From NCBI GenBank assembly GCA_965199715.1, contig OZ241322.1, forward strand, positions 2,189,486 through 2,253,485: a stretch of DNA of 64,000 bases, in the 5' to 3' direction. Source of the DNA: Vicinamibacteria bacterium. Its GTDB lineage: Bacteria; Acidobacteriota; Vicinamibacteria; Marinacidobacterales; Marinacidobacteraceae. The notes under the pieces are model-generated. The model was given only the letters and a program-made list of their open reading frames with translations, did not search any database and was not told where the DNA came from. A program made the position numbers and the translations under genes. Positions 54,963 through 64,000 of this stretch are shown here, piece after piece. Position 1 is the first letter of the stretch, and every line of letters begins with the position of its first letter.

Positions 54963-57373
54963 CAGCCCGAATGACCGCCGCCGCGCTTCTCGTCGCGGTC
55001 GCCGCCGACGCCCAGTGGACGAACCGGTATCCCAAGCTCGAGGGCTACTCGCACCACGTGTACGCCGAGGGCTACGAACTGCCCATCTTCGCGACCGGCC
55101 CTACGGATCCGGCCCCGGCGCCCGACGGGCGGACGATCGCGTTCGCCGCCCGGGGCTGGCTGTGGCTTCTGGACGAGGAGACCGGGGTCGCGCGAAGGCT
55201 CACGAGCGGCGCGGCGGTGGATTCCCGCCCGGCGTGGCGGCCCGACGGCGCGGCTCTCGCCTTTCTGCGCGACGACAGCCTCACGCTCTCGATCTGGACG
55301 CTGGATCTCGCGAGCGGCGAGGAGTCGCGCCGGTTCGCCGACGACTCCATGGTGCTGGATCCGGCGTGGTCGCCCGACGGCGCGTCGCTCTATTTCAGCG
55401 CCGCGACCGCGGGCGACCTTGACGTCTGGCGGCTCGACGGCGAGACCGGCGAACCGGCGCGGGTCACGACGCGCCGCGGCCTCGAGGTCCGGCCCCAGCC
55501 GCTCGCGGACGGCGGGCTCGCGTACATGGCCAAGGGCCGCGGAACCGGAGACGCGGTGGTCGTGCGCGCCGCCGACGGGACGGAGTCGGTGCTGCGCTCG
55601 GAGTCCATCGCCTCGCAGGCGCGTCCGAGCGCCGATCCCGAGGGCCGGTCGCTCGCCGTGAACTGGCCCGCCGGGGACGGAGCCGACGGCTATCGGCTGA
55701 TGCTGCTGGACGCCGCGGGCGGCGACGCGATCGAGCTCGTCGCGGCGCGGGGGCTCCCGGTGGCCCCGGTGTTCGCCGCCGACGGGAAGTCGGTGCTCTA
55801 CGCCGAGGCCGACGAATCGGAGACGTTCCGGCTCAAGCGGGTCTCCGCGTGGGGCGGCCCGGTGGAGGAGGTTCCGATCCGGGCGTGGGACTACGGCGCT
55901 CCCACCGGGCGGGTCCGGATCGCGACCCGCGCCGGCGGGAAGCCCGTCGCGGCGCGGTTGGCGGTGCTCGACGGCTCGTCGCATCCGGCGGCTCCGGAGT
56001 CCGCGATGGCGCGCTTCGACGGAACCCACGGGCGCATCTACTTCTATTCGCCGGGAACGATCGAGATGGAGCTTCCGGTCGGCGGCGAGGCGCGCGTGAC
56101 CGCGACCCACGGCCTCGCGCACCTTCCGGCGGAGGCGGCGTTCTCCGTCCGCGCCGGCGAGACCGTGACCGTCGAACTTGACTTCGAGCGGATCTGGGAT
56201 TCGACCGGGTATCGGTCCGGCGACCACCACTATCACCTGAACTACGGCGGGCCCACCCGTCTGGACCCGGACGACATGGTCGTGATGCTGGCCGGCGAGG
56301 CTCTCGACGTCGGGACGCCGCTCATGGCGAACCTGCACCACCGGCTGAACGACACGGAGTTCTTCGCCGAGCGGCGGCTCGCGGACGCCCCGGCGTTCGT
56401 GTTCGGGCAGGAGGTGCGGTCCCACTTCCTCGGACACCTGGGGATCGTCGGGCTCGAAAGCGCCTTCCAGCCGTGGTTCTGGGGCCCCGGCTACCCGGTG
56501 TACGCGGACGACGACCGCCCGAATGCGGACGCGCTGGCGCACTCGCGGCGCGAGGGAGCGGTGAGCGCCTACATGCACCCGGTCTCGGTGGAGGCCCCGT
56601 TCGAGGACCCGGGCCTGTCCTCGATCCCGGTGAGCCTGATCCCCGACGCGGTGCTCGGCGACCTCGACACGCTGGAGATCGCGTGCCTGTGGACGAACGA
56701 GCTCGGGACCGCCCGCGTCTGGGAGCGGGTGCTCATGCTGGGCGTCCCGCTCGCCGCGTCCGCCGGAACCGACGTGATGCTGGACTTCCACCGCACCATG
56801 GCGGTCGGGACCACGCGCATCTACGTGGAGGCTCCCGGGCCGTTCCAGCTCGGGCCGTACCTGCGAGCGCTCAAGGCGGGCCGGAGCTTCGTGACCACGG
56901 GGCCGCTCATGGACTTCCGCGTCGGCGGCATGCGGCCCGGCGACGCGGTCGCGTCCGGCGAGACCGCATGGACGCTGGAGCTCGCCTCGACCGGGCCGGT
57001 GGAGACGGTCGAGATTCTCGTGAACGGGGAGATCGTGGAGACGCGGCCCGGCCTTGCGGCGGCCGGGTCGGAACGTCTCGAGGGCTCGGTCACGCTGCCC
57101 GAAGGCGGGTTCGTCGCGGCGCGGGCGCGCGGCGCGGAGGAGGGTTGGCCGGGCATGAACGGCGCCGCCTTCGCGCAGACGTCCCCGATCTGGATCGGAC
57201 GGGTCGGCAGCTTCGACCCGGACGCGGCCAGCCGGGCGGCGACGGATCTCCTGCGGGCGCTCGACGTCGCCGAGGCGCGGGTGGACGCGCGCTACGGGGA
57301 CGCGCCGATCCCCCGCATTCGCGCCCGCTTCGCCATGGCCCGGGAACGGCTCGGCGAGTTTCTCCAGCCTTGA
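54959..57373 (+). CDS. TolB-like beta-propeller fused to CehA/McbA-type (PHP-like) metallo-hydrolase domain
   Basis: ATG overlaps the DUF1445 stop (ATGA). Signal peptide, then repeats (AWRPDGAALAF, AWSPDGASLYF, FAADGKSVLY), then GDHHYHLNYG metal site and a large C-terminal domain. Confidence 0.7.
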   Translation: MTARMTAAALLVAVAADAQWTNRYPKLEGYSHHVYAEGYELPIFATGPTDPAPAPDGRTIAFAARGWLWLLDEETGVARRLTSGAAVDSRPAWRPDGAALAFLRDDSLTLSIWTLDLASGEESRRFADDSMVLDPAWSPDGASLYFSAATAGDLDVWRLDGETGEPARVTTRRGLEVRPQPLADGGLAYMAKGRGTGDAVVVRAADGTESVLRSESIASQARPSADPEGRSLAVNWPAGDGADGYRLMLLDAAGGDAIELVAARGLPVAPVFAADGKSVLYAEADESETFRLKRVSAWGGPVEEVPIRAWDYGAPTGRVRIATRAGGKPVAARLAVLDGSSHPAAPESAMARFDGTHGRIYFYSPGTIEMELPVGGEARVTATHGLAHLPAEAAFSVRAGETVTVELDFERIWDSTGYRSGDHHYHLNYGGPTRLDPDDMVVMLAGEALDVGTPLMANLHHRLNDTEFFAERRLADAPAFVFGQEVRSHFLGHLGIVGLESAFQPWFWGPGYPVYADDDRPNADALAHSRREGAVSAYMHPVSVEAPFEDPGLSSIPVSLIPDAVLGDLDTLEIACLWTNELGTARVWERVLMLGVPLAASAGTDVMLDFHRTMAVGTTRIYVEAPGPFQLGPYLRALKAGRSFVTTGPLMDFRVGGMRPGDAVASGETAWTLELASTGPVETVEILVNGEIVETRPGLAAAGSERLEGSVTLPEGGFVAARARGAEEGWPGMNGAAFAQTSPIWIGRVGSFDPDAASRAATDLLRALDVAEARVDARYGDAPIPRIRARFAMARERLGEFLQP

Positions 57374-57408
57374 CAGGCGAGCGCGTCGGGCCGAGTATCC
57401 GCGCCGGA

Positions 57409-58665
57409 ATGCGACGGATCGCGGGGCTCCTCCTCGTCGCGCTCGCGGCGGCGTCCGCGCCGGAAGCGCAGACGCGGCCCCGGGTGTTCTTCGACTGCTC
57501 CGGCCCCCGGTGCGACTCGCGCTACTACCGGACCGAAATCGCCTGGGTGCACTGGGTGAACGACCGCCAGGACGCGCAGGTGCACCTCATCATGACCAGC
57601 CAGAACACCGGCGCCGGAGGGCGGGAGTACCTGCTGGACTTCGCCGGCGCCGGCGACCACGCGGATTACGTGGACCAGCGCCGCTTTCGTTCGCTGCCGA
57701 CGGACACCGATCGGGAGACGCTCGACGGGATCGCCCGCGCGCTCGCGCTCGGGCTCGCCGCGTTCGCCGAGGAGGCCGGATACCGGGGACTGGTCACGCT
57801 GCAGCCGGCGGACCGGGTCGAGGAGGCGGTGGAGCGCGGCGTGGTCTCCGGCGACGAAGTGGAGGACCCGTGGAACCTGTGGGTGTTCCGGATCGAAACC
57901 GAGGCGGGGATCGAAGGGGAGTCGCAGTCCCGGAGGACGAATCTGGAGGGCGGGTTCTCCGCGTCCCGCGTCACCCCGGACTGGCGGATCCGCTTCTGGG
58001 GCGACGTGAACCACGACCGCTACTCCATCGACCTCACCGACGGGACGTTCGAGGACCACCGGACCGGCTGGGACCTCGCGTCGCGCACCGTGTACGCGCT
58101 GCTCGACCACTGGTCCGCCGGAATCGACCTGAGCGCGTCCCGCAACGTGAACTACAACCAGGACTTCCGCGTCGAAGCCTCGCCGGCGATCGAGTACAGC
58201 GTCTTCCCCTACGAGGAGGCCACGCGCCGCAGCTTCACCTTCTACTACACGCTCGGCCCGGCGTACCGGGACTACGTGGAGCGGACCATCCACGGCGAGA
58301 CCTCCGAGACCAGGTGGGAGCAGGCGATGGACGTCCGCTTCAGCCAGCGGCAGCGATGGGGCAACGCCTCGGTGAACCTGCGGGGGTCGCACTTCCTCCA
58401 CGACCTCGGCCAGCGGCTGGTCCGGCTCGGAAGCTACCTTTCGGTGCGGGTCGTGCGCGGCATCGAGCTCAGCGTCTCGGGCAACGTGAGCTGGGTGAAC
58501 GACCAGATCTACCTGCCCGCAGGCGCGGCGACCGACGTGGAGGCGTTGCTCCAGCTCCAGCAGCGGGCGACGGACTTCGACTACGGGGTCGAGATCGGCT
58601 TCGAGTTCCAGTTCGGCTCGATCTACAACAACGTGGTCAACAACCGGTTCGGCCGCCGCTTCTGA
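57409..58665 (+). CDS. Putative outer-membrane beta-barrel protein (DUF481-like), hypothetical
   Basis: Signal peptide MRRIAGLLLVALAAASAPEAQ. Alternating amphipathic strands rich in Y/W/F. C-terminal aromatic residue (..NNRFGRRF), typical of OMP barrels. Confidence 0.5.
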   Translation: MRRIAGLLLVALAAASAPEAQTRPRVFFDCSGPRCDSRYYRTEIAWVHWVNDRQDAQVHLIMTSQNTGAGGREYLLDFAGAGDHADYVDQRRFRSLPTDTDRETLDGIARALALGLAAFAEEAGYRGLVTLQPADRVEEAVERGVVSGDEVEDPWNLWVFRIETEAGIEGESQSRRTNLEGGFSASRVTPDWRIRFWGDVNHDRYSIDLTDGTFEDHRTGWDLASRTVYALLDHWSAGIDLSASRNVNYNQDFRVEASPAIEYSVFPYEEATRRSFTFYYTLGPAYRDYVERTIHGETSETRWEQAMDVRFSQRQRWGNASVNLRGSHFLHDLGQRLVRLGSYLSVRVVRGIELSVSGNVSWVNDQIYLPAGAATDVEALLQLQQRATDFDYGVEIGFEFQFGSIYNNVVNNRFGRRF

Positions 58666-58940
58666 TGGGTCCCCGAACGCCGGAGATTCTCGAGACCGAG
58701 CGCGCCTACCTGCTCGCCAACGCGAAGGAACTTGCCGCCAAGTATCCTGGGAAGCACCTGCTCATCAAGGGCGAGACCGTTTACGGCGCCTTCGAGACGC
58801 GCAACGAGGGAGTGGATCGCGGGTTCCAGTTGTTCCCGAGGGAGTCGTTCCCGGTGCGCTCGGTGCTGCGCCCGGAGGATCCGGAACCGGTGATCGTTCC
58901 GGTCCTGGCGTTGGGTCTTCCCGTCATTGCCGATCCTTGA
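58665..58940 (+). CDS. Small hypothetical protein (91 aa), possibly DUF5678/DUF4926-like
   Basis: ATG overlaps the preceding stop (TGATGG). MGPRTPEILETERAYLLANAKELAAKYPGKHLLIKGETVYGAFETRNEGVDRGF. Weak family guess only. Confidence 0.35.
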   Translation: MGPRTPEILETERAYLLANAKELAAKYPGKHLLIKGETVYGAFETRNEGVDRGFQLFPRESFPVRSVLRPEDPEPVIVPVLALGLPVIADP

Positions 58941-59114
58941 CGCCAGACTTCCGGCGCCTGGCCGGGATTGGCTCGAGCGGTGCGGTGAGCTCTTTCCGAC
59001 GGCGATCCTGCGGACTTGATCGCCCTGATCGGGCGCGACGCGCTCGAGGGCGCGATCCTCATCTGCAACGGCGTGGACGGCTCGTTCTCGCTCTCCTCCG
59101 TGTAGCCCCGCCCG

Positions 59115-60464
59115 TCAGTGCGGCCGGTCCTGACGGGGGATGAGCAGCAGCCGCTCCGCCCGCGGATCGATGTACCAGGTGGACTCGCCGTCGAACAGCG
59201 CGTCCTCCTCCAGCGCGATCCGCACCTCCTGGCCGCCCCACTCGGGCACCGGAACCCGCGCGTTCAGCTCGATCGAGTGCGCGGTCATCGGGAAGAGCGG
59301 GTAATCGCCCTTTCCGGGCACGCCGTCCTGCCGGTCCCACAGACCGATCGTCGGCCCGGCGCCGTGCCCGTGGTAGCCGATCGGGTGCGTGTAGATGGAT
59401 GCCTTGATCCCCTCCACGCTGGCCTGCTCGAGCGCCGCGCCCAGGATCTCGTTGCCGCTGCGCCCGGCGACGAACTCGGCGGTGAGGACGTCCTGGAGCC
59501 GGTTGCCGATCCGAAGCGCCTCGCGCAGCCCCTCCGGCGCGTCCGTCTCGCCGGGCCGCAGCACGTAGGCGTTCATCTGCGTGTCCGTGTTCAGCCGCAG
59601 GTAGGTGATCCCGAAATCCACGTGGATCAGGTCGCCCGGCAGGATCACGTTCGGCGCCGGCCGGGCCGAGTAGTCCTCGCGCAGTTCCTCCGCGCCGGTC
59701 TCGTGGCGCTGGACCGAGACGCCCGGCTGGAACCACGCCTGCAGCTTGAGTTCGCGGATCTTCTCCCGGTACCACCACGACACGTCGTCGGTCGTCGTCG
59801 CGCCGGGCTGGATCACCTCGCCCGACAGCCCCTCGGAGAGGATCCAGCGGGCGAGCCGCACCACGCCGGGATAGACCTCCATCTCCTCGGGCGTCCTCGT
59901 CTCGAGCCACGCGATCGCGAGCCGCTCGACCCCCTTCAACCGGCTCGCGAGCTCCGGCCCGAGCGCCGCCCGCATCGCGGCGTTCTCGCTCGCCGTGAAC
60001 CCGTCGGCGAGGCCGAAGTCCTCCGACCAGTTGATTCCGATGACGTCGGGGTCGCGCTCCCGCACCAGCTCGGCGACCCGCGCCCACTGGTCGGGCTCGT
60101 TGTCGGGATCCCACGCCCTCGGGATGCCGCCGATGTCGTAACGGGCCACCGCGAGCCGCTCCACGCCCTCGGCCGGACCCCGGTCGTGGAACATCAGCAC
60201 CGTCCGCCGCCGCGCCGCGAGCCACGTGTACGGCAGCATCGTGCGGATCACCGGATCCTCGTTGTACTCGCGGGCGGCCACGATCCACAGGTCCACGCCC
60301 TCCCGCCGCATGATCTCCGGCAGCACCGTCTCGAAGCGGACCTCGAGCCAGCGATCCACGAGCGCAGCGCGTTCGCGCATGGGAAGGACGCTCGGCTGCG
60401 CCGGGGCGACGGACGCCGCGCAGGCGAGCAGCAGGAACGGGGGAAGGACGCGGCGAAGGGTCAC
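59115..60464 (-). CDS. M24-family metallopeptidase (Xaa-Pro aminopeptidase-like), secreted
   Basis: Start taken at the GTG giving signal peptide MTLRRVLPPFLLLACAASVAPAQP. The C-terminal pita-bread fold carries His motifs (HPIGYHGHGAGP, E..ELNARVPVPEWGGQEV) and the N-terminal creatinase-like domain. Confidence 0.75.
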   Translation of the reverse strand: MTLRRVLPPFLLLACAASVAPAQPSVLPMRERAALVDRWLEVRFETVLPEIMRREGVDLWIVAAREYNEDPVIRTMLPYTWLAARRRTVLMFHDRGPAEGVERLAVARYDIGGIPRAWDPDNEPDQWARVAELVRERDPDVIGINWSEDFGLADGFTASENAAMRAALGPELASRLKGVERLAIAWLETRTPEEMEVYPGVVRLARWILSEGLSGEVIQPGATTTDDVSWWYREKIRELKLQAWFQPGVSVQRHETGAEELREDYSARPAPNVILPGDLIHVDFGITYLRLNTDTQMNAYVLRPGETDAPEGLREALRIGNRLQDVLTAEFVAGRSGNEILGAALEQASVEGIKASIYTHPIGYHGHGAGPTIGLWDRQDGVPGKGDYPLFPMTAHSIELNARVPVPEWGGQEVRIALEEDALFDGESTWYIDPRAERLLLIPRQDRPH

Positions 60465-60508
60465 GGGCGGGCTCCTCGGGGGGCCGGAAGGATACCGGTA
60501 CACTCGAA

Positions 60509-62092
60509 TTGCGGAGGCTCTCCATGCGACGACTCGTTCCCTTCCTGCTCGGCTTGGCGCTGACCGGCTGCGCCGAGTCGTACGACGTGATCCTCGTCGG
60601 AGGCGAAGTCGTTGACGGCGGAGGAGAACCGGCGCGGTCGGCGGACGTCGGCATCCGCGGCGACCGAATCGCGGCGGTCGGCGATCTGATGTGGGCGCGC
60701 TCGCCGATGCGGGTGGACGTCTCCGGCCTGACGGTCGTTCCGGGGTTCGTGGACATCCACTCCCACGCGGTCCGCGGGGTCATGCGCCATCCGCTCGCCG
60801 AGAACTACCTCCGCCAGGGGGTCACGACCGCGGTGGGCGGCCCCGACGGCGGCTCTCCGCTGCCGATCGGCGCCTGGCTCGACGACTTCGAGGCCGAGGG
60901 CTCCGCGATCAACATGGCGCTGCTCGTGGGGCACGGAACCGTGCGCCGCGAGGTCCTCGGCATGGAGGACCGGGCGCCGACGCCCGGCGAGCTGGAGACG
61001 ATGCGGGGGCTCGTCGATACGGCGATGCGGGAAGGGGCCTGGGGCCTCTCCACCGGCCTCAAGTACACGCCCGCGGCCTTCGCCGAGACCGAGGAAGTGA
61101 TCGAACTCGCGAAGGTGGCCGCCCGGTATCGCGGCGTCCACATCAGCCACATGCGCGAGGAGGGGCTCGCGCTCATGGACGCGGTGCGCGAGACGATCCG
61201 CATCGGCGAGGAGGGCGGCCTGCCCACCCAGCTCACCCACCACAAGGTCGTCGGGGCGCCGATGTGGGGCCGCAGCGTCGAGAGCCTGCGGCTCGTGGAC
61301 GAGGCGGTCGCCCGGGGCGTGGACGTGACCATCGACCAGTACCCGTACACCGCTTCCTCCACCGGGCTCACGATCCTGTTCCCGGCGTGGAGCCTCGCCG
61401 GCGGCGGCGACGCGCTGCTGGAACGCCTCGCCGATCCCGACCAGCGCGAGGCGATTCGGCTCGCGGTGCGCGAGAACCTCGACGTGGATCGGGGCGGCGG
61501 CAGCCCCGACAATGTCGTGATCGCCCGCTGCGCGTGGGACCCGTCGCTCGAGGGGAAGAGCCTCGGCGACATCCTCCGCGAACGCGGCCTCGAGCCGACC
61601 ACCGACGAGGGCGCGACCCTCGCGCTGGAGCTTCAGGAGAAGGGCGGGTTCGGCGGCGTCTTCCACGCGATGCACGAGGACGACGTGCGGCGGATCATGG
61701 CCCACCCGCGGACGATGATCGCGTCCGACGGCGGCGTGGTGGCCCCGGGAGAGGGCGTGCCCCACCCGCGCAACTACGGAACGTTCGCCCGGGTGCTGAG
61801 CCTCTACGTGCGCGAGGGCGGGCTGTTCAGCTTCGAGGAGGCGATCCACAAGATGAGCCGGATGCCCGCGGACCGGCTCGGGCTCTCCGACCGGGGCCGG
61901 ATCGAGGACGGCGCGATCGCCGATCTCGCGGTTCTGGACCCGGACGCCGTCGAGGAGCATGCGAAGTTCGGGGATCCGCACCACTACTCCACCGGAGTCG
62001 GCCACGTGATGGTCGCCGGCGAGTTCGTGCTGCGCGACGGCGAGGTCACCGGAGCTCGCCCCGGTCGGGCCCTGCGCAACCCGGGCTCGTGA
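60509..62092 (+). CDS. N-acyl-D-amino-acid deacylase (D-aminoacylase) family amidohydrolase, lipoprotein (second paralog)
   Basis: Lipobox LLGLALTGCAES. Motifs PGFVDIHSHAVRG, ISHMRE, IASDGG. Same order of blocks as the 52633 paralog. Confidence 0.8.
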   Translation: MRRLSMRRLVPFLLGLALTGCAESYDVILVGGEVVDGGGEPARSADVGIRGDRIAAVGDLMWARSPMRVDVSGLTVVPGFVDIHSHAVRGVMRHPLAENYLRQGVTTAVGGPDGGSPLPIGAWLDDFEAEGSAINMALLVGHGTVRREVLGMEDRAPTPGELETMRGLVDTAMREGAWGLSTGLKYTPAAFAETEEVIELAKVAARYRGVHISHMREEGLALMDAVRETIRIGEEGGLPTQLTHHKVVGAPMWGRSVESLRLVDEAVARGVDVTIDQYPYTASSTGLTILFPAWSLAGGGDALLERLADPDQREAIRLAVRENLDVDRGGGSPDNVVIARCAWDPSLEGKSLGDILRERGLEPTTDEGATLALELQEKGGFGGVFHAMHEDDVRRIMAHPRTMIASDGGVVAPGEGVPHPRNYGTFARVLSLYVREGGLFSFEEAIHKMSRMPADRLGLSDRGRIEDGAIADLAVLDPDAVEEHAKFGDPHHYSTGVGHVMVAGEFVLRDGEVTGARPGRALRNPGS

Positions 62093-63582
62093 GCGCGTCC
62101 CGCTCGGTCGTCGCCGCCGTCGATCAGGGAACCACCAGCAGCCGTTGCCTGCTCTTCGACCGGAGCGGGCGGGTCGTCGGCGCCGCGCAGCGCGAGCACC
62201 GCCAGATTACGCCGGACCGGGGCCTCGTCGAGCACGACGCGGCGGAGATTCGGGACCGGGTGTTCGAGACCGCCGCCGGGGCGCTCGCGTCCGCCGGCCT
62301 GACCGGCGCGGACGTGGCTGCGGTCGGGATCACGAACCAGCGCGAGACGACGGTCGTCTGGGACCCCGAGACCGGCGAGCCGCTCGCGCCCGCGATCGTG
62401 TGGCAGGACACCCGCACCCGCGCCCTCGCCGACGGATTCGCGGAGAGGGTGGGAGCCGAGCGGCTGCGGGAGATCACCGGGCTGCCCGCGGCGACGTACT
62501 TCTCGGGCCCGAAGCTGCAGTGGCTGCTCCGCAACGTCCCGGATCTGCCGGAGCGGGCGCTCTTCGGAACGGTCGATTCGTGGATTTTGTGGAACCTGAC
62601 CGGGGACCGCCGGCACCTCACCGACGCGACCAACGCGAGCCGCACCCAGATGATGGACCTCGCCGACTGCCGCTGGAGTCCAGAACTGCTGGAGGCGCTC
62701 GGGGTTCCCGCGCGGATGCTGCCGGAGATCGTGCCGTCGTCGGATCCCGAAGCGTTCGGCCGGACGAAGGCGGACGGCCCCTTCGGCGCGGAGATCCCGA
62801 TCGCCGGCGTGATCGGCGACCAGCAGGCGGCGCTCCTCGGCCAGCAGTGCCGCCGGCCCGGCGAAGCCAAGTGCACCTACGGAACCGGCGCGTTCCTGCT
62901 GCTTCACACGGGATCCCGACCGGTTCCCTCTTCTTCGGGGATGCTCACGACGGTCGCCTACGCCGACCGAACCGGGGTCGAGTACGCGCTGGAGGGCGCG
63001 GTGGCGGTCGCCGGGTCGCTCGTCCAGTGGCTGCGCGACCAGCTCGGGTTCGCCGACACGGCGGCCGCGGTCGAGAAGCTGGCGCTCGACGTTCCCGACA
63101 CCGGGGGCGTGTACGTCGTCCCCGCGTTCTCGGGCCTATTCGCCCCGTGGTGGCGCGCCGACGCCCGCGGCGTGATCTGCGGGCTGACCCGGTTCGCCGA
63201 CCGCCGCCACCTTGCCCGCGCCGCCCTCGAGGCGACGGCGTTCCAGGTCGCCGACGTGCTCGAGGCGATGCGCAAGGACACGGGCGAGCCGATTTCCGAG
63301 CTGCGCGTCGATGGCGGGATGACGGTGTCCGACCTGCTGCTCGGATTCCAGGCGGACATCCTCGGCGTGCCGGTGGTGCGCCCCGTCCAGCGCGAGACGA
63401 CCGCGCTCGGGGCCGCGATCGCGGCGGGCCTCGCCGTCGGATTCTGGGAGTCGGGAGCGGACCTCCGCGCCGCGCTCGCCGAGGACGCCCGCTTCGAGCC
63501 GGGCATGGAGGCGGAGGAGCGCGAGAACCGAATGGCCGACTGGCGGCGGGCGGTGGAGCGCAGCCTCGACTGGGCGCGGTGA
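62089..63582 (+). CDS. glpK: Glycerol kinase
   Basis: GTG overlaps the preceding stop (GTGA). FGGY kinase family motifs (VAAVDQGTTSSRCLLFD, GITNQRETTVVWD, KCTYGTGAFLL, GGMTVSDLLLGFQADILGVPVVRP). Confidence 0.9.
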   Translation: MSASRSVVAAVDQGTTSSRCLLFDRSGRVVGAAQREHRQITPDRGLVEHDAAEIRDRVFETAAGALASAGLTGADVAAVGITNQRETTVVWDPETGEPLAPAIVWQDTRTRALADGFAERVGAERLREITGLPAATYFSGPKLQWLLRNVPDLPERALFGTVDSWILWNLTGDRRHLTDATNASRTQMMDLADCRWSPELLEALGVPARMLPEIVPSSDPEAFGRTKADGPFGAEIPIAGVIGDQQAALLGQQCRRPGEAKCTYGTGAFLLLHTGSRPVPSSSGMLTTVAYADRTGVEYALEGAVAVAGSLVQWLRDQLGFADTAAAVEKLALDVPDTGGVYVVPAFSGLFAPWWRADARGVICGLTRFADRRHLARAALEATAFQVADVLEAMRKDTGEPISELRVDGGMTVSDLLLGFQADILGVPVVRPVQRETTALGAAIAAGLAVGFWESGADLRAALAEDARFEPGMEAEERENRMADWRRAVERSLDWAR

Positions 63583-63956
63583 TCCGCCGCCTCCAGACCC
63601 TGAACTTCCGCTGCCTGCGGCACATGGACGTGAAGGCAGAACGGGAACTCGGAGTCTCGTGGGTGCGGGAAGTGATCCAGGCCAAGCGGCACAGGCACAC
63701 GATCCAGAGGAAGGAACTCGACGCCCTACGCGGGTCGCTCTACCGATTCGACGCGGTTCGCGGGACCATCGTGGCTACGTCGAGTTTCTCTAAGGGAGCG
63801 CAGGACGCGGCGTTCGCGCAGGGCGCGGCGCCGATCACGCTGATCGACGGCGAGAAGCTCGTTGATCTACTGGTTGAACACAACATCGGGGTCCGAAAGG
63901 AGTCCGTGGAGTTCCTGACCCTGGACGCGGAAGGGCTGGCTCCGGATGAAGACTAG
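63579..63956 (+). CDS. Chimeric remnant ORF: ~30-aa AAA-ATPase-type N-terminus joined to an Mrr-like restriction endonuclease C-terminal domain
   Basis: GTG overlaps the glpK stop (GTGA). MIRRLQTLNFRCLRHMDVKAE resembles the conserved start of ATP-dependent endonuclease/AAA proteins (xLxLxNFRCF). GTIVATSSFSKGAQDAAFAQGAAPITLIDGEKLVDLLVEHNIGV is the Mrr_cat C-terminal signature. Only 125 aa in total. Confidence 0.45.
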   Translation: MIRRLQTLNFRCLRHMDVKAERELGVSWVREVIQAKRHRHTIQRKELDALRGSLYRFDAVRGTIVATSSFSKGAQDAAFAQGAAPITLIDGEKLVDLLVEHNIGVRKESVEFLTLDAEGLAPDED

Positions 63957-64000
63957 GGCCGCCCGAGCGCCCGCCGAGGACTGATTCGCCGTGCGTCTGT

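Noticed and set aside
58937-59143. 68-aa ORF and a nearby frame encoding ...DLIALIGRDALEGAILICNGVDGSFSLSSV in the 175-bp gap before the M24 peptidase
   Set aside because: No start codon gives more than ~29 aa of the protein-like part, so it is probably a tiny remnant or chance ORF. No hairpin terminator was evident either.

Overview
This is a 64 kb segment of a very high-GC (about 71-72%) bacterial chromosome. The gene content (BNR/sortilin-like, LVIVD, NHL and FN3 repeat lipoproteins, many Arg/Ala-rich proteins) is typical of Gemmatimonadota-like soil bacteria. Both strands carry kilobase-long ORFs in almost every frame, so I accepted only ORFs whose translation shows recognisable family motifs or clear signal-peptide and membrane patterns. 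The long antisense ORFs are listed as rejected. I support about 50 protein-coding genes, one apparently intact IS256-family insertion sequence with imperfect terminal inverted repeats, and several genuine-looking pseudogenes. I found no rRNA or CRISPR arrays. My by-eye search was blind to tRNA and ncRNA genes. The window is mostly housekeeping or accessory-metabolic, with a strong theme of peptide, D-amino-acid and peptidoglycan salvage. Peptidases: M28, S9, M24 and M50. Amidohydrolases: two D-aminoacylase-family enzymes and a DUF1445 D-glutamate-cyclase-like protein. Other salvage enzymes: GGT, a NagZ-beta-lactamase fusion and a NamZ-like DUF1343 protein. Housekeeping genes include ligA, fabI, ilvE, leuA-leuC-leuD, tag and glpK. 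Candidate novel or unusual items: (i) an HNH endonuclease, a DDAH/amidinotransferase-superfamily enzyme and a small membrane protein form a tightly coupled three-gene unit directly abutting the IS256 element. (ii) A single 1771-aa polypeptide fuses an AddB-like nuclease module to an AddA/UvrD helicase module, with a translationally coupled small ORF. (iii) A chimeric AAA-ATPase N-terminus fused to an Mrr endonuclease C-terminus sits at the window edge and looks like a defence-island remnant. (iv) A D-aminoacylase / DUF1445 / TolB-CehA operon may convert N-acyl-D-glutamate to 5-oxo-D-proline. (v) There is a 12-nt poly-C tract inside the leu operon. (vi) Three loci show clustered frameshifts and nonsense mutations at homopolymer runs: a VapC-like PIN gene, an MBL-fold gene and an FN3-repeat lipoprotein. 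The HupE/UreJ gene also lacks a canonical start. All other genes are intact. Coordinates I derived by hand may be off by 1-2 nt; ORF-track coordinates are used wherever possible.
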